Origin: Amphiscolops sp. MND2022
Lineage: Eukaryota
Length of the DNA stretch: 64,000 bases
Reading direction: 5' to 3'
Assembly: GCA_964187785.1 (NCBI GenBank)
Contig: OZ076409.1
Span: 44,270,001 to 44,334,000 of the forward strand
Shown here one piece after another: positions 49,222 to 63,750 of the stretch. The notes beneath the pieces were generated by a model that saw only the letters and a program-made list of their open reading frames with translations, was not told the origin of the DNA and did no database searches. The translations under genes were made by a program, and so were the position numbers. Positions within the stretch are counted from its first letter, which is position 1, and each line of letters begins with the position of its first letter.

Positions 49222-50507
49222 TGTTTTGGCAGTATCGGTAAATGTCAAGCGAGGGATTTTTCCATGTCTTTCAGATTATAGTAAAATGAAGCTCGAGTTT
49301 TGCTTTAAGTTTTGTTGACAAGCATAGCAGAAGCATTTTGGCAAAACAATATTTGCTATTTGCTTCCGATTTTGATAGAAGTGATTTGACGATACCAAAC
49401 TAACCCGCAGGCCGAAGGGTTCGCATTTCACGGGATTGTGATTCTGAAACAGTATTTTTTTTCACTTCACAAATTTATTTTGAATCAATCATAGGCAAAT
49501 TTTGTTGTCATCATGATGGACTTTTCCTCTGATGACATTCAAAGTAGTGCGTTCATGGGAATCCGCACATAGTATCAAATAAATATTTCAAAAGCACACT
49601 TCAAGCAACCGGTAGCACACATTGCAACAAACGATACTTGTTGAAGAATTTCAAAAAAACACAAAAATGTATCAAAATTTTGAAGGGTGAAAATTTGTCG
49701 CAAACATTAAAAGGCGAACAAAGAACAACTAACAGTTTTCATGGCCATATCCCCTACTGATGTGTTGGCGTATGCATTCAAACTGGTATGTGTCATGGGT
49801 TGAAAGTCCGTCCTGAAAAAAAAACTTTTCGATTATGAAGCGATTCTTATTATTAGTAATTCATGATCCCCGAAAGCTCAAAAAATTGATACTAAGCTTT
49901 TGAAAATGAGGTCCTCAACCCGATTCTGTCGAATTTTGGTTGAAACAAAAAAATGGAGAACAACCAACAAACTTGAATGTTACTCAAACTTAAAATATCT
50001 CCAAAATCAAGTTTTTTTATAAAAAAGAGTGGAAAACAAATCTAGCAACCTTTCCACTTCGAGTGCCTTCATTTTGTCTTTGTGTTCATGAAGAGTGCTG
50101 CGCAGTTTGCGGTAATCTTTTTTGATCCAGCTGCGATCGTTGATTGGCTGTTTATTATTATCGCCAGTTTTCTCTGAAACAATGCGAAACCAAGAACCTC
50201 TCGCAAACTTATTACCTCTCGCAATTTCATCACTTGAATTTATGTGAAACTTCGATGAACACTTCTCGGATTCATGGAGAAGCTTCACTTCTCTGCTTTG
50301 GAGGCTACGCAAATGAAATGCGCTTTTCATGGAGTATTTTTTACATTACAAAAATGGCTAGCATTTCAATTTTTTTAACTCTGCATTTTTAAGAACAATC
50401 AATTCGTTAGTTGTCCGTCAATTTTATGGCAAAAATAGTTAGGATTGTGAGTTACATGCAAAACTTTTTGGAGAAATATTCTAAACAGCGAAGATACGAA
50501 AAGTTGA

Positions 50508-50585
50508 TTAAAAAATAGGTATCTCTAATATTTAAACAAGAAGCAATTGCTTCTTGTTTAAATATTAGAGATACCTATTTTTTAA
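50508..50585. repeat. Perfect 78-bp palindrome without spacer
   Basis: 39-bp arms centred between 50546 and 50547 (AAGCAA|TTGCTT). Confidence 0.97.
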
Positions 50586-51989
50586 GCTTAAGCGAAGAGT
50601 TTTTATTGGTTAAAAGAATGCCATCCAATTTACTTCGGGTTCAAGTTCTGATGAGTTTCTTCTTCAGGCCCTATTCTATCTCTTCTCATAGTGAATGCGG
50701 TGACTTGTATAAAAATTGGCAAGGTATTCGTCATATATACGAATATACGAATTTTGTAGATACTCGAACGAAATGTTATTTCAGGAACGTATCGATAGAA
50801 CGAAGAGAAAAAGGTCAGTTGAGAAAGGGGTTTTGTAAATACCAAACCTTGATCTGTTTCTGGTTCTTTTTGGGCATCCTGGTTTGTCTTCTGTTTTGAC
50901 GCCTGCATAAGTCACATAAGGGTAAATTTTTGCTTCAAAAACCAGTTTACAAAATTCATTACAGCTCAAACTATACACTTACCATTTGAATATAACAATC
51001 AACTTGTGAAATAGTTTGATTAACAAGAGAAACAGACAGCTTCACATGGTTTTATTATGCACGTCAAATTATGCACAAAATTTTTTGTCTTCAGACTATT
51101 TTGGCTAATAATTGTCAACTAGAGAACTATTGAGCATATCACGGCCAAACAATTGTGTTCTGTCAATTTTAGCCACGCGTTGATTTTTAATAAGTTGATG
51201 CTTAAAACTCAAGATTTTTGAATCTTTGGTATCCATTGTTTGCATGAAAACACTGTAGTGGCTACTCCGCCAATCAATAAACGTTTTTCCGGGATTTGGT
51301 CGAGAAAAGATAGCTGAGCATGGATACCCTCAATGGTACTGACCTTTTTTCTCTTCATTCTATCAATACGTTCCTGAAATAATGGGTTGACCCTCCAAGA
51401 ATATGTTGTCCAGATTTTGGCAATTGTTAACAGTACGAAAGATCCACTGGAAATATATTTCCGGTGAGTCTAAATTTGTATTGTTAACCAGACGTCTCCT
51501 GAATAGATGGCTGTTTTCCTGCCTTAATCATTTCACCAAATATGTTTTAGTGCTCTGGTTTGACCAAAAACCACGAAATTTGCACAAAAATTCGACAAAC
51601 AATTCCGACACTTTTTGATCTTTTTCTTCAGAAACGAGAAAACTTAGTTTTACCCGGGGAATTTGAAAATTTTTCCTCCCCAGTTTCTGTCATTCGGAAG
51701 TTGGTTTCTGCCGACTTGACTGGGAGGTTAACGTGGTTAACGAATTTATTTTAACATGGTGAGTAATCCTTTGCATGTAAGTGGACTCGAATCACATGCT
51801 AGGCAAATCTTGCAAAGGTACCAAAAAGCAAAGGATTCTCCTTCAGGGTGTTCCAGCACTGTGCGACTTTTTAAACACAATTTTATGTTTTTTAAGATTA
51901 TTTTTCAGGTTTAAATGAAAAGAAACTGCACTCTCAGTGAATGAATCTCGGCGATAAAGCTGGGAGCGTGAAAGCTTTACGGGAGGCAA

Positions 51990-52660
51990 AAATTTGGTCG
52001 TCAGAAAATTCGTCGTCAGAAATTTCGTTGTCAGAAATTTCGTCGAATTTGTAAATCCAGACATTTCGTCGTCAGAAATTGCGTCGTATTGATTAGAATT
52101 ACTAATCATTAGTATCAACGTTCACGAAGAGATTTCTTTTGAATTATTCAATTATTTAATTGTTAGAATGAGATCTTAAGTTTCATTTTGACACCACACT
52201 TCAGTCAAAAAGTTGATTGCATTCAGTCAACTCATCAAGACGCTTATGGAGCAATGGTATACTTTCAGTCCTACCGGCGGAACTACTTAGCTGGGCTTTA
52301 CAATACAATTTAAGCTTGTTCCTGGGTGAATTTTTGCACTTTTGTCAAAAAATTATGAAAAACTCGTTATAATTTTTGCTTTAGGTGTCGAAATATCTTC
52401 GTTTTGGGTCATAAGAAACAAGCTGTACCTGGCGGGGGGTGGAACATTGATTGTAAGGAACATGGTCCGAATTATTTTCTCTCAAAAGGTAGTCAACGAT
52501 AGCAATAATTGCACAATTATCGATAATTATTATGATTTTTATCAAGGCTCGATAATTATTAAGACTATAATAATAAGACTCGTAATAGATTACAGGAAAT
52601 GCTACGTTTTTTAGAACGTAATCACCGACGACGAAATTTCTGACGACGTAATTTCTGGTG
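51990..52660. repeat. Decayed foldback/MITE-like element with inverted 15-bp subterminal repeats
   Basis: TTCGTCGTCAGAAAT units at ~51995-52090 and their reverse complement at ~52625-52657. Confidence 0.6.
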
Positions 52661-54664
52661 ATCAGATTTAAAAAACACTGAATTCCCATCATAAAATGAA
52701 AATTAAAAATGTCATCTAAGATTAAGATAGGTAGTGTACATGTGAATTAAAAAATTGGAAATGTTAAAAAAAGAGCAAACACACATTAATTAACATCTAG
52801 TATCAGGTGCATGATTAGTAGAATCTGAACTCACGCCAACATTTTTTTATTACTTCTGCGGAATAATCAACTTCTGCTGCATATTTGTGGAGATTTACCA
52901 TCAACTCAATCTGTTTTTTCTGGGACGTTTCACTAGGGATTATTCGGAATCCAGATAATATGCACGATTCCGAATTGATGCATTGAATGGATTAGTGAAT
53001 ACAATCCATTCAGTGCAGTCATTAAAAATTTGATTCATGTGTGAAGAACGACAGCCGCAATTTTTGATGAAAAATGTAAACTTTTTGAGGATTACAATGT
53101 TGATCTGAACTACTGTTTTGATTTGTGTTGAATAGTATGTAATAATATAAAGGATCCTTTACAAACAAAACTTTTTTCCTTTAAAAAATCCTTTTAAAAA
53201 TAAAAATGCACAACACTGCCTGTAGGACTATTGAGCGTGTGATAGTTCTGATAGTTGTGTAGTTTTTCTCTACTACAGGTTCGCTGTTTCGGATTTTTTT
53301 CCACTTTAGAAAACTAGTTTTTTGAGCCTGAAGTATCACACATTTGGGTAATTTGTCATTGTGCAACTTTCTTGAGGCAATTGTCAAATATTCGGGTTGT
53401 GATATTCTTAGTCAAAAAAGAGTCTATTTTACTCTAAAAAGACACTCTTGAATGTTTCTGTCGTAACAATGTACGAAAAATATCACAGTGTCAGTGCGCC
53501 TCTTGTAGACACTTCTTTTTAGAGAACAATTGTCTGTGAAGAAAGTATGGTGAGACGCTAATTGTTTCGCTGTTTAACTCTCTGGATGTTCAAACCCGTC
53601 GAAAACATTGAAAAATCGAATAGGATCAAGAAACATGTCTTATGATCAAGAAGCATTATTTAATGTATTTTCAGCTTTGAACACATTTTTTTCTCAAAAA
53701 TGTTCGAATGGGACAAAAAACGCGACTGAGGGAACAATTTTCCCTTCCCCTATGGAACATGGGCTAAAACTAACAACGGCCACTAGGCAAATGTCAAATG
53801 AAATCTGCTGTGAAGTCAAATGAAGTCGAATGAATGAGTTGTCTGCTGAACTGGGTCAAGAACTCCAGCATCTATTATATTTAGAACTGAACGAAACAAA
53901 GTTACATAAGTGAGATCACATGCTCTTAACAATTTTGTCATTGGTGCATGACAAGATTTGACGGAGAATTGTTTTCCTCTTTCTGTAGCATTTTTGAGTA
54001 TAGTCTTTAAACTTTTGAATTGGTGAATTCAAAACTGACATTTTGTCTACAGTTTCGCGCATACGTCGGAGGAAAATGCATTTTTGTTGAAATAATTACA
54101 ACTCCTAAAATAGAAAACTTAATGAACTCTGAGCTGCAAGTAATTGTTTGATTTATATGATGTCCGTTTCATTATCGATGTGACCAATAGAATTTTTTTT
54201 CGGTTGACTGAAACATTGGTTTAGTACACTAAGGTACCAAAAAGCTGAAGACACCCAATTTGACTACTGAAAATTTTCAAGTCGTGAAATTTTTTTATTT
54301 TCATTTCACAAAAAAACTCATAAGCAAACGTCACTGAAATTTTTTTCCGTAAAACGAAGGTTTTTTGTATTGAAATCGAATCAAAATTTCAGAAGTTATA
54401 CATGTCGTAAGCTAATTAACTGTTCTGGGAGTCTAATGAACCCTACCTTTTGTGCTGATTAGTGTTACTTTGATTAGAATCCATTTTGGAACAGTTTCCC
54501 GCATTTTGCGGCTAACCTCAGCATCGGGGTTTTCCCGGCTAATTTCAGCCACAGAAAGTCCAATTTTCGGATAAATCAGTTTTCTTGCATACCTATGCTA
54601 TCTGGAAGAGATAATCTTCTCTGTAATTGCAGAATTTATAGCTTGTAGAATCTGCGAGTAAATA

Positions 54665-54842
54665 CAGTTTAACTTCAGTATTACACACCTCGTTGGGAGA
54701 AAACGCTCAAGTATGTTATTCTGAAGTGTGTGTTATAAGCGAAAAAGACCAAATGATGAAAACCAAACACGGGGGCACAAAATATGTGCGTTATTCTGAA
54801 GGTTACACTATAGTGCACGTGTGTGATACTGAAGTTAAACTG
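54665..54842. mobile_element. 178-bp MITE (Tc1/mariner-type)
   Basis: 24-bp TIR CAGTTTAACTTCAGTAT(T/C)ACACAC (23/24 match), TA on both sides. Confidence 0.9.
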
Positions 54843-56397
54843 TACTTGTTTTGATTTCATCTAATTTCTTTGACATCCGGCTAGCAATCTCAGATTTTAT
54901 CATTCTAACTGTTTCTTTAGTGACCTGTTTCGGTTTGAATTAATTTTTGGTAGTAAATTGATCCTGTTGTATTTATGTTGAATTATATTAGTTCGAAAAT
55001 ATATGTTTCAAAATATATGTTTGAAACATGAGAAATATTGCGCATATTGCAATTGCTTGAAACATGAGAGATAATGTGCATATTGCAATTACTTGATAGT
55101 GAATACTAGATCGCCAAACGGAATACTCAATTTTAACCGGTTTGTGAAACGCTTGTAAAAAATTGCCGAAGGTTGTCAGGTTGAAATCGATCACACCAAA
55201 ATGTCATGAAATGGATTAATTTCATCAATTCTTTGTGATTTTCCGAAAAGTAGAGGAACATTGAAAGCCAAAAATACAGGATTCAGTTACTTCTTATTTT
55301 CCAGAACATTCGATCAAAGCTCAAAATCTCACCTGAGTATTTCGTAGAGTTGAATGTTTTTGTAGAAATAAAAGATACTTCTGTGACGAGCTTTGCGTTC
55401 TGTTTTGCTGGAAAAGCTGTTCGGGCTCTCATTTCATTTTCATTCATCCGACGTACCACGAGTTTAACAACTTGATGGCTAGACTGATACTCAGAAGGAT
55501 TGCAGTGCAACTAGATATGGCTCGAAATTATAATCAATGTTTTTTAAATCACGTGCTTTCAGAAAAGAATAGGGTTGGAGGTTTCAACCAAGCTGTTAAG
55601 GTCAGAATATCTCAAGGTAGGAATGATTCATTGCTGGTCAGTTTTTGTGTTGGAATGCAAGTGTCTTTTCTCTGCGTAATGTACTTTGTTCTAACTCCAT
55701 GAGCCGTTGCAGTATTTCTGATGACATTCTATTGTTCTGCTTGATGATGAAGGTGTTTCCGTGTCAAACACCATGTCTTAGCTGGTCTTGATCGGTTATT
55801 AGATAATGTGTGCCTGGATTATAAAAAATATGTTCACAACTGCTGCACCTGGTGGTCAAGTTGCTGGAAAAATTTTCTTCCAAACCAATTTATTACAAGT
55901 TGAACTGGGATTTAAAATGAATTGAGCAACTTGCAAAGCAGTGAATTTTGTGAAACCTTTCGTTGTCGAAAAAAATTTAGAACGGGAATTTTATAGCGGG
56001 GTTAAGTGGGTTCAAACCACGCGCTGATCTGATTCAAGGGTCCCTGTTGAATTTCTTCGGCACTGCTACTTTTTTCAAAAATTTCTTTTTGTGTTCAATT
56101 TTCCATAACCTCACTAAGTTTTTTGAGCCTAAGGGATCCCCCTTTCGGGTATTTTTGGCACCATGGGTGTCGCAGGCTGCCGCCTGTGACGAAACCTTGA
56201 TAACAACGACAGCTAACGGCCAGGACATTGCTCGAGGGACACTTTCTACCTTTTAGAGTTAAAACTTTGTGCTTGCAGAATGTGAAACTGTTTCGTATTT
56301 ATGACCATAAATACCATTCTCAGGTATGATTTTAATGGTTTACATATTAGTCTGTTGAATGTACAATTTGGCAAATCCAAATCAAATTGATAGAAAT

Positions 56398-57868
56398 TGT
56401 CATAAGACGTGGCAAATGCAGATTCAAATTGATGCGAGTTGAATACAATTGTAAGACAGTAAAGGAAACGTGTTCAAGTGACGCAAAGTGCTTTCCGGAA
56501 ACGTCATTTAAGCGCGTAGTTGCAACCAATCACAATTCAAACTTTGTTGCTTCATTGATGCTTTCGTTCATTGAAGGCCGAATAAGGCCAATTGACACAA
56601 CGCTTCAACTCCTAAATAGCAATGTAGTCAAATGGCCGGTTCCGGCCGCTTCATGAAAGGACGTAGTTATGAAGTTAAATATACTTGTAATTAACCAGTA
56701 ATTAGGTGCTTGTATTCTACGCTTTAAATAAATGCTTCGGTGCAATAATTAACAGCTAATACCTCTGACTTGGTACTATTTGCCGAATAAGGACATTTAC
56801 CTATAGATTGTCAGTGCTTATTTGACATGAGGTAAATAGACCATTCAGGCAGTTTTAATATATTTGTTGTTACAAGTTATTTGCAGTTCATTTAGAGTAG
56901 TATAGCCTGTTAAGTCACGCGCGCCGACGCGTGCCCGCAATAAATACTTATAGTTCCTTGTTTTGTTGAAGCTTTGATGTATCTAGTACATTAACCGATG
57001 ATTTAATGGCATTCATTTGATGCCACAAAAACCTGTTGCTAGTCACTTGATACACTTTGATGCTCCTCTAATTTTGATAATCACGTGACATGTTAAGGTC
57101 GCGACCATCATGTGATTTTATTCTTAATTGGAAAATGTAAGGAAAGTGAGTGTCACCCTCTTAGGGGTGTACATACCAACACCTCTCCTGGGAATGACAC
57201 TTATTATTTTTACACGCTCTGATGAAGGTACTCTAAAAATGGTTCCACTGTTAATTTTCCAAATTCAAGTATTTATACTCGGATTTCGTCGATGCCTACT
57301 ACTAAAAAAAAACAAAAAAAGGCAAGGAAGTCCAGAGGACTCGAACTACTCCCAATTATAGAAAACTTAGAAATATTGTTAGGCGAAAAACGTTCCGAGA
57401 GGGATGAGAGTGTAAATAGCAACTCAGCTAGAAGGCTGGAAAATACCACTAGTGAAATGTTTGAGGAAAACGAAGAAAACTTGGACTTGAATCATTCAGA
57501 AATGAGACCCGGTAATAGCAACAACCCCGGGCAAAATTCAACAAGTGCTAACTCGAATGCTGAGATTAGTAGGTTGTCGATTGAACTTAATTCAAGTTTG
57601 TCTAGAGAAATGGATGAGGTGATGAACAGTGTTAATACTCAATTCCAGAGGGCAATCAGTGATGCTATAAGCAATCAGATATTGTCCCATTTACAAAATG
57701 CCCCAAGGGCCGGATCGTGACATGTGACACAAAATAGATGGAACGTTTTGGCTGAGAGACCGGAAAATAATCTCAAAGATTACCGCAGTGAGAAAACTAA
57801 AAATTACTCTAGAAGTCATTCGACACGTGATTGTCTACAGGACAATCACACAAACCAAGGTTAAGACA
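56398..57868 (+). repeat. 5' LTR (1,471 bp), followed by PBS remnant TGGTGAC
   Basis: TGTCATAA...TTAAGACA (7/8 inverted match) with TGG directly after the CA. The start coordinate is inferred from the terminal match only. Confidence 0.7.
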
Positions 57869-58850
57869 TGGTGACCTAATGGGAAAACATATTTCACCAA
57901 AGAGTCTCCGTTTCAAATTCTTTGATTTTCTAATCATGAAAATTTTTTTTTGGCATTTTACCACTTTTTGAAAATTATTTCTACTTGTTAGTACACCAGG
58001 ACAGGACTTCGCATCGAGTGTTGAACCTGTGAATCTCCAATCCCAGTTCCTGAGTTTCTCACGGGACGGATGCCATCACGAAGTCATCTGAACCAATCAC
58101 ATGATGACCTCAATCCCCGACTCGACACGACTAGTCTTTTGTAGACGAAAATATGTTAAGCCTGAATCTCAGGCAACTGCCAAACACAAATGGCACTGTC
58201 TGGTATTTGACCCGAACACGATGAAATTACCAGTTTTCTTAGAAGAACTCAATCAAGGGGCAGAGGAAGCGTTTGGGGACAATGCTCAAGAAATGTATGA
58301 CCATCTCTTGTACGCAAAACTGCCACCGAAAATGAAACGGTCAGTCAATATGGCCAGACCGGAAAACGGCTCTTATGATGAAATCGTGACCCATCTTGAA
58401 AGGGAACTAGAACTCAACGCTCTTGAGGAATCAGACGACTTGCCAATGGCAACAATGACATCCCCAACATCAAGTCTAAAACTCCTCTCTCTACTGGGCA
58501 AATGACTGATATCACCTGAATTACTGCAAGGAAAAAAACCATATGATCGAGGACTGCGAGAAATTGAAAACGAAGAAATAAAAAGATGCCCAACCAGGCA
58601 AATCGACTCAGAAGAAAGTTTACCCGGAGTGTGGGACTTGTGGCAAGAAAAATCGCCTTGAAGAGCGATGTTGGCAGGGCGCAGGTGCGCACCTCAAACC
58701 TAAGCGCACCAGCCCCGATGACTCATATGTCAATAATCTCGATTCAAAAGTACAAAAATCGCAATATAAACCAACATCGCTCAACTCGCAATCTTCATCC
58801 AAGAACGATGACTCAAAGAACTACTTTCGCCACGACTTCAATAAAAACAA
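57292..58850 (+). pseudogene. gag: gag-like ORF (starts inside the LTR; interrupted; two CCHC knuckle remnants)
   Basis: MPTTKKKQKKARKSR...; RRKYVKPESQATAKHKW...; (C)NYCKEKNHMIEDC near 58515 and CGTCGKKNRLEERC near 58630. Confidence 0.8.
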
Positions 58851-59455
58851 CTAGTATCTGTCCGACAGTACATCAAATCGGACCCTCCAACTGAAACTTT
58901 TCATAATTGTCAACGGCAATGGATTGGCTATCCTTCTGTTGTCTGGCAGCAACAGATGGAAAAAGCTATCATTAATACGTATAATAACACTCACTTGTAT
59001 CAAAAACCAATTCCTGTTTGGGATCCTGACTATACAACAACTTTCGCTCCCCGATTCAGGCCCATTCCTATAATTGACAGTTACAACTCAACGTATATCG
59101 ACCCAGACTATGACAGAGATCCCTATTGGGACACTGAGATCTATAATCAGGATTTGTTGCAATTCTAGCACGTCCTTGTTGATATCGAGCTATACCAACG
59201 AACAGTCCACGAGAAGCCTTCAATAACGCACAACAAGAAAACGAGAGCCTTGATTGAAAACTGGCAAATGAATGATGGCACCAACCATCCACTGATCCCA
59301 AACCTCTTGGGAACCGAAGACCCGGAAACATTTGGTGGAACAACTCCTCAATCATTAATAATTGAAAACATTTTCAGAATGTCGTTATTACCAAAAACTA
59401 TGAACCAAACTGTATACCACTTTCAACGAATATCAACCTCAAATGCAAAAAGTTT

Positions 59456-62400
59456 ATGTTATATTTCCCAATGGACTTTGGGGAATTGACCATGGAAAGC
59501 CTAATCGACACTGGGGCACTATCCAGTGCAATCCCTGAAATGGACCTCCGGAAAATCCAACTTCTCTCTCCACAATCTGTTATCCGGGAATGTCCGCCTC
59601 CGAATTTTCAGATCATAGTCGCAAACGGACAATTAGAAACTCCTCAAGGTACTATCAAGGTTAAGTTTGAGGTTGGTGACATAGAGTTCCACGAAATCTT
59701 CATAGTGATGAAGAAATTGACGGGACCAGTCATTGGACTAATGTTCCTTCAGAGAAACCATACAGTCTTGGATATGCGCCAAGGAATATTGTATTTTCCG
59801 TTCTTTTCAATGCAGCTCAAAACAGCTGATCACTGATACTCCAACGTATTAGAACCAATTCTCAATCCAGCAGAATTCACCAGTCCGCCGAATGATAAAA
59901 TCCTAATCAAGACAAACTCCTTACTCTACCCTGAGAATGCTGTAGCGGGAATTCCGCAACCGAGCGACCTTCTACACGAGGAAAACGACATTACCTTTTT
60001 TCCAGCTGTGGTCACTCTGAATGATGGCTATATATTGATAACGGTGAATAATTTCACGGACCATCCCTTCAAACTCAAAAAGGACTCCATATTGCTAATA
60101 TCTACGTCATGACACCACAGAACAAATGAACTATGTCAAACCGGTTGACCCGGCATTGACCTGGCATCTTTTACAAAATGACCAAGAGCAAGCAGGCCGT
60201 TACGTCAGCCTCATCAAGACGAATAAAAACCCTCAGAACTCCGAAACGCATTAGTTCCCAGCTCCAGAAAACCCAGGCAACCCAGATGAACACCCGCCTA
60301 TCCAAAAAATGATGTTACGGGAATTACAGGCCTTACAGTACCTGGAGACTCTAGACCTTACAAATGATGCAGAATGCAGGACAAAAATCCCAGAAAACTT
60401 CGACTGGAAAGACTCAACTCTTGCACCCGATGAAATAGCAAGAATTGAAGAATTTCACGACATTTTTGCGAGACACAGATTCGACATAGGCATGAACGAG
60501 GAATTCACGGTGAAACCTGAATTCACGGCCTAAAGACGATTCCCCAGCTTATAGCAAGAGCCTCCCAGCGCCAATTATTTTGAAGCAGGACTTTTTTGTC
60601 GAATTAACCATGTTACACGAATATGGTATCATCACGACCCTTCCATTTTCAAAGTAGGCTAGTCCGATATTCGCCTAAAAGAAGCCAAACGGAAAACTTC
60701 GTCTACTGGTTGACTTGAGAAAAATCAACAACCTAATTTCAGAGGATTATGTAAACAATAACCACCATGTCAAAACGCTAGTCGATGCTGCCCAACACAT
60801 GGCAGGCACAAAACTGTTTTGTAAATTAGATTGTTCGCAGGCATATCATTGCCTCCAGATGGCTGACCAACGGTCAATTGAGATGTTAGCCTTCAATTTC
60901 GCTCGTAGCATTATTGCCTACAGACGTTTGGCTCAAAGCTTTAGCCGGGCACTGTTCGCAATTGCAGGTTTCATGAGAGAATACCTTGATAAAGTCATTA
61001 AAGCGTATCAGTACGCGAACGACATAGGCATTGCAGCCAATGATGCAGACCACCTCATCGCGAACCTCAGGGCAGCCTTCAAATGCATCCAGGAAGCAGG
61101 CCTTAAATTGACAATGCTCAAAGGTCATTTTGGTGCAACAGAAATCGATTTCGTCGGACGAACAATTACCCCCAGAGGAGTGAAACCCCAGAAAAAAAAC
61201 GTGCAGAACTTCCTTGAAAAAACCGAATTCCCGAAGTCGAAAAAGGCTTTACAACGCTATTTTGGATTCTTAATCTACTATAGAAACTATCTCCCAAGAC
61301 TATCAGAACGCCTTGCTTCAATCTACAAGATGCTGAAAAGTGACGAAATTTCCTAGTATCTAAAGAACTGGTTCAACAGTTTGAGGAAATCAACAAAGCA
61401 CTCGACAAATGTTGCGATTTAGCACTACAACAGCCTCTTCGTAACAAACAAAGTGCACTAATGACAGTTGCAAGTTTTGGTGCCGCTGGATACGCAATCT
61501 TAAATAGGGATAATCCTAACAAGAAATTCACTTCACTTCGAAAGTCGTATAAATCGGTTGCCTTAGGTTCAAAAACCTTCACCCCAGCTGAGATAAAAAT
61601 GTCCAAAAACGCAAAAAGAATTTCTTGCGATTTACTTCGCATTCAAAAAATTTGGGCATATTTTCTGGGGTGCGCCTAAACCGGTCATTATTCTTTCTGA
61701 CAATAAAGCCGTAACCCGATTTTTCCAAACGAAATTTGTACCGCCAGGTCTATGGAATAATTATGACTACGTAATACTTTTCAATTTCGTTATAGCACAC
61801 ATCCCAGGAGCACAAAACACGGCAGCGGATAACTTATCCCGACTAGAAGCTGACCCGAAGGACAAACTGGTCTTGAGAATCAGAGAGGACGTACGGACGG
61901 TCCCAATCGAAACAAATGTCCAGTCAGCAGGCGTCTCACAGGAAGAACAAATCTTCTCCACAAATGATGATGATGAGGAAAACGAGGAACTCTGGGCGAG
62001 GAAAGCAGCAATTCGACACAACCCTGCCACATCAGATACAACCATCACAATTCAGTCCGTTTCTACAAACTTGATCAAACAACCTGAGATACAAGTCCGA
62101 CTACGGAAGACGAACCAGATAATTATTGAGCCATCCAAATATGAAGTATTACAGCAACTGAGGGCAAAACTGCTTCATGAGGATTACTCTGAAAATGTAC
62201 TGCAACAAGATGCCCGATATAGACATTATGCAAACAACTTGGAACTCATTGTAGTCAAGGAAGACATCCTGACGAGGCAATACTTCGATGAAACAGGGAA
62301 TGTGAAATACCATCAGATCCTTTTCCCGCGACACCTACTACAGGGACTGTTTCAGTCCCTTCATGGGACAGAACATAAGCACTCTGCATATCAAAGATGT

Positions 62401-63750
62401 TACACGAGATCGGAAAGAGGTATTATTATTCTAGCATGGCGAAGCATGTTAAAAGGTGGGTATAAGAGTGCGAACAATGCGCAAAGGGCAAACGAGTCCC
62501 CAATGCAACGATCATGCCTGAACTACTCAATTTGCCGGAAAGGGACCTTTGACCCGAAGACGCTATGCAGATGGACTTATTGCCGAATCTTCCCCCAAGT
62601 GGATAATTTGAAAACGTTCTAACTGCAATTGATATCTTCTCCCGATATCTGTTCGCCTATCCTCTTACGGACGCCTCAGCGATCAATGTAGCAGAAGTGC
62701 TCATTGACATAATGACTAAACATGCGTATTTACTAACAACGCTCTTTGTTGATAAGGGAGCTGTATTCACTTCCACGATTATTGCGGAGATTACGCTCAA
62801 ATGTGCAACGACAAAGCACCCGCAAACAGTCGGGAAATCAGAGCGGACACATACTTCACTCAAGACGAAACTCAAAACAGCATGTGACGAATACCGCCGA
62901 CAATGGCAAAAATATTTGCCATTGACAGTCCTAAATCATAATACAAGTTACCATGCCAGCATCGGTTGTGAACCAACAAGAGTATTTCATGGAAGAATTC
63001 CATACAATGTCGTGGATCACAATCTTGGAAACAATCCAAACGAACAGATCACTCCCTTAACCGATATTGCGGAAGAAATCCAAACTCACTCGGACAAAAT
63101 CTTGATCGATAAAACGAAACAAAATATCATGCAATCATACATCAAATACAAGGAGTACTATGATCGCAAAGCGAAAGCTGCTCCACTCAGGGGAAACGAA
63201 CATTGCTTCGTATTGCAGCCGAAAGCGGATCATCAAGGATCAAAATTTCCTTTCAAAGATTAACGTTGGGTTGGACTATTTATAGTCCAAAAGGTACTAC
63301 CTAATGAGAATTACATTGTACGCCGGCTCAATACAAATATAACCTAAAATTTGCATCGAATTCGCATTGAAAAGTTTGTTCCCAATCAACCGCTTGAGGA
63401 CCATTTCCGAAAGAAGCGCTTGCAGCCAGACGAAGAAATTATCAAACTGCAAGACGACTTGTACACAGTAACGTGGGAAACAAACTTCGGTGAACAGCTA
63501 GCTACACGAGGCAATCAGCCTATTTCGACTAGCTTGCCGAAAGGCGAACAGCCAGTTACGACAAACCCTGATTTAAGTGACACACACGAGAATGAGCTCG
63601 ATTACATAATATTGAACGACAGTCCGAATGCCGTCCACGACGCCGCACACAAGCGGAATGAAGGATTAAATGATGACGTCAGAAAAAAACATGACGATAT
63701 TGAAGCTGAAGTGAATGAAAACTCTGATTGGCAGAGTCCGGCCGTTTAAC
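59456..63750 (+). pseudogene. pol: pol: aspartic protease, RT, RNase H, integrase
   Basis: LIDTGALSS; KLDCSQAYH and QYANDIGI (decayed YxDD); SDNKAV and HIPGAQNTAADNLSR; HHCC remnant, MDLLP/IDIFSRY, VDKG, SERTH; GPY/F-type tail. Confidence 0.95.

Noticed and set aside
52700..55900. Possible transposase or exon remnants
   Set aside because: No consistent frame, splice pattern or catalytic motif could be read.
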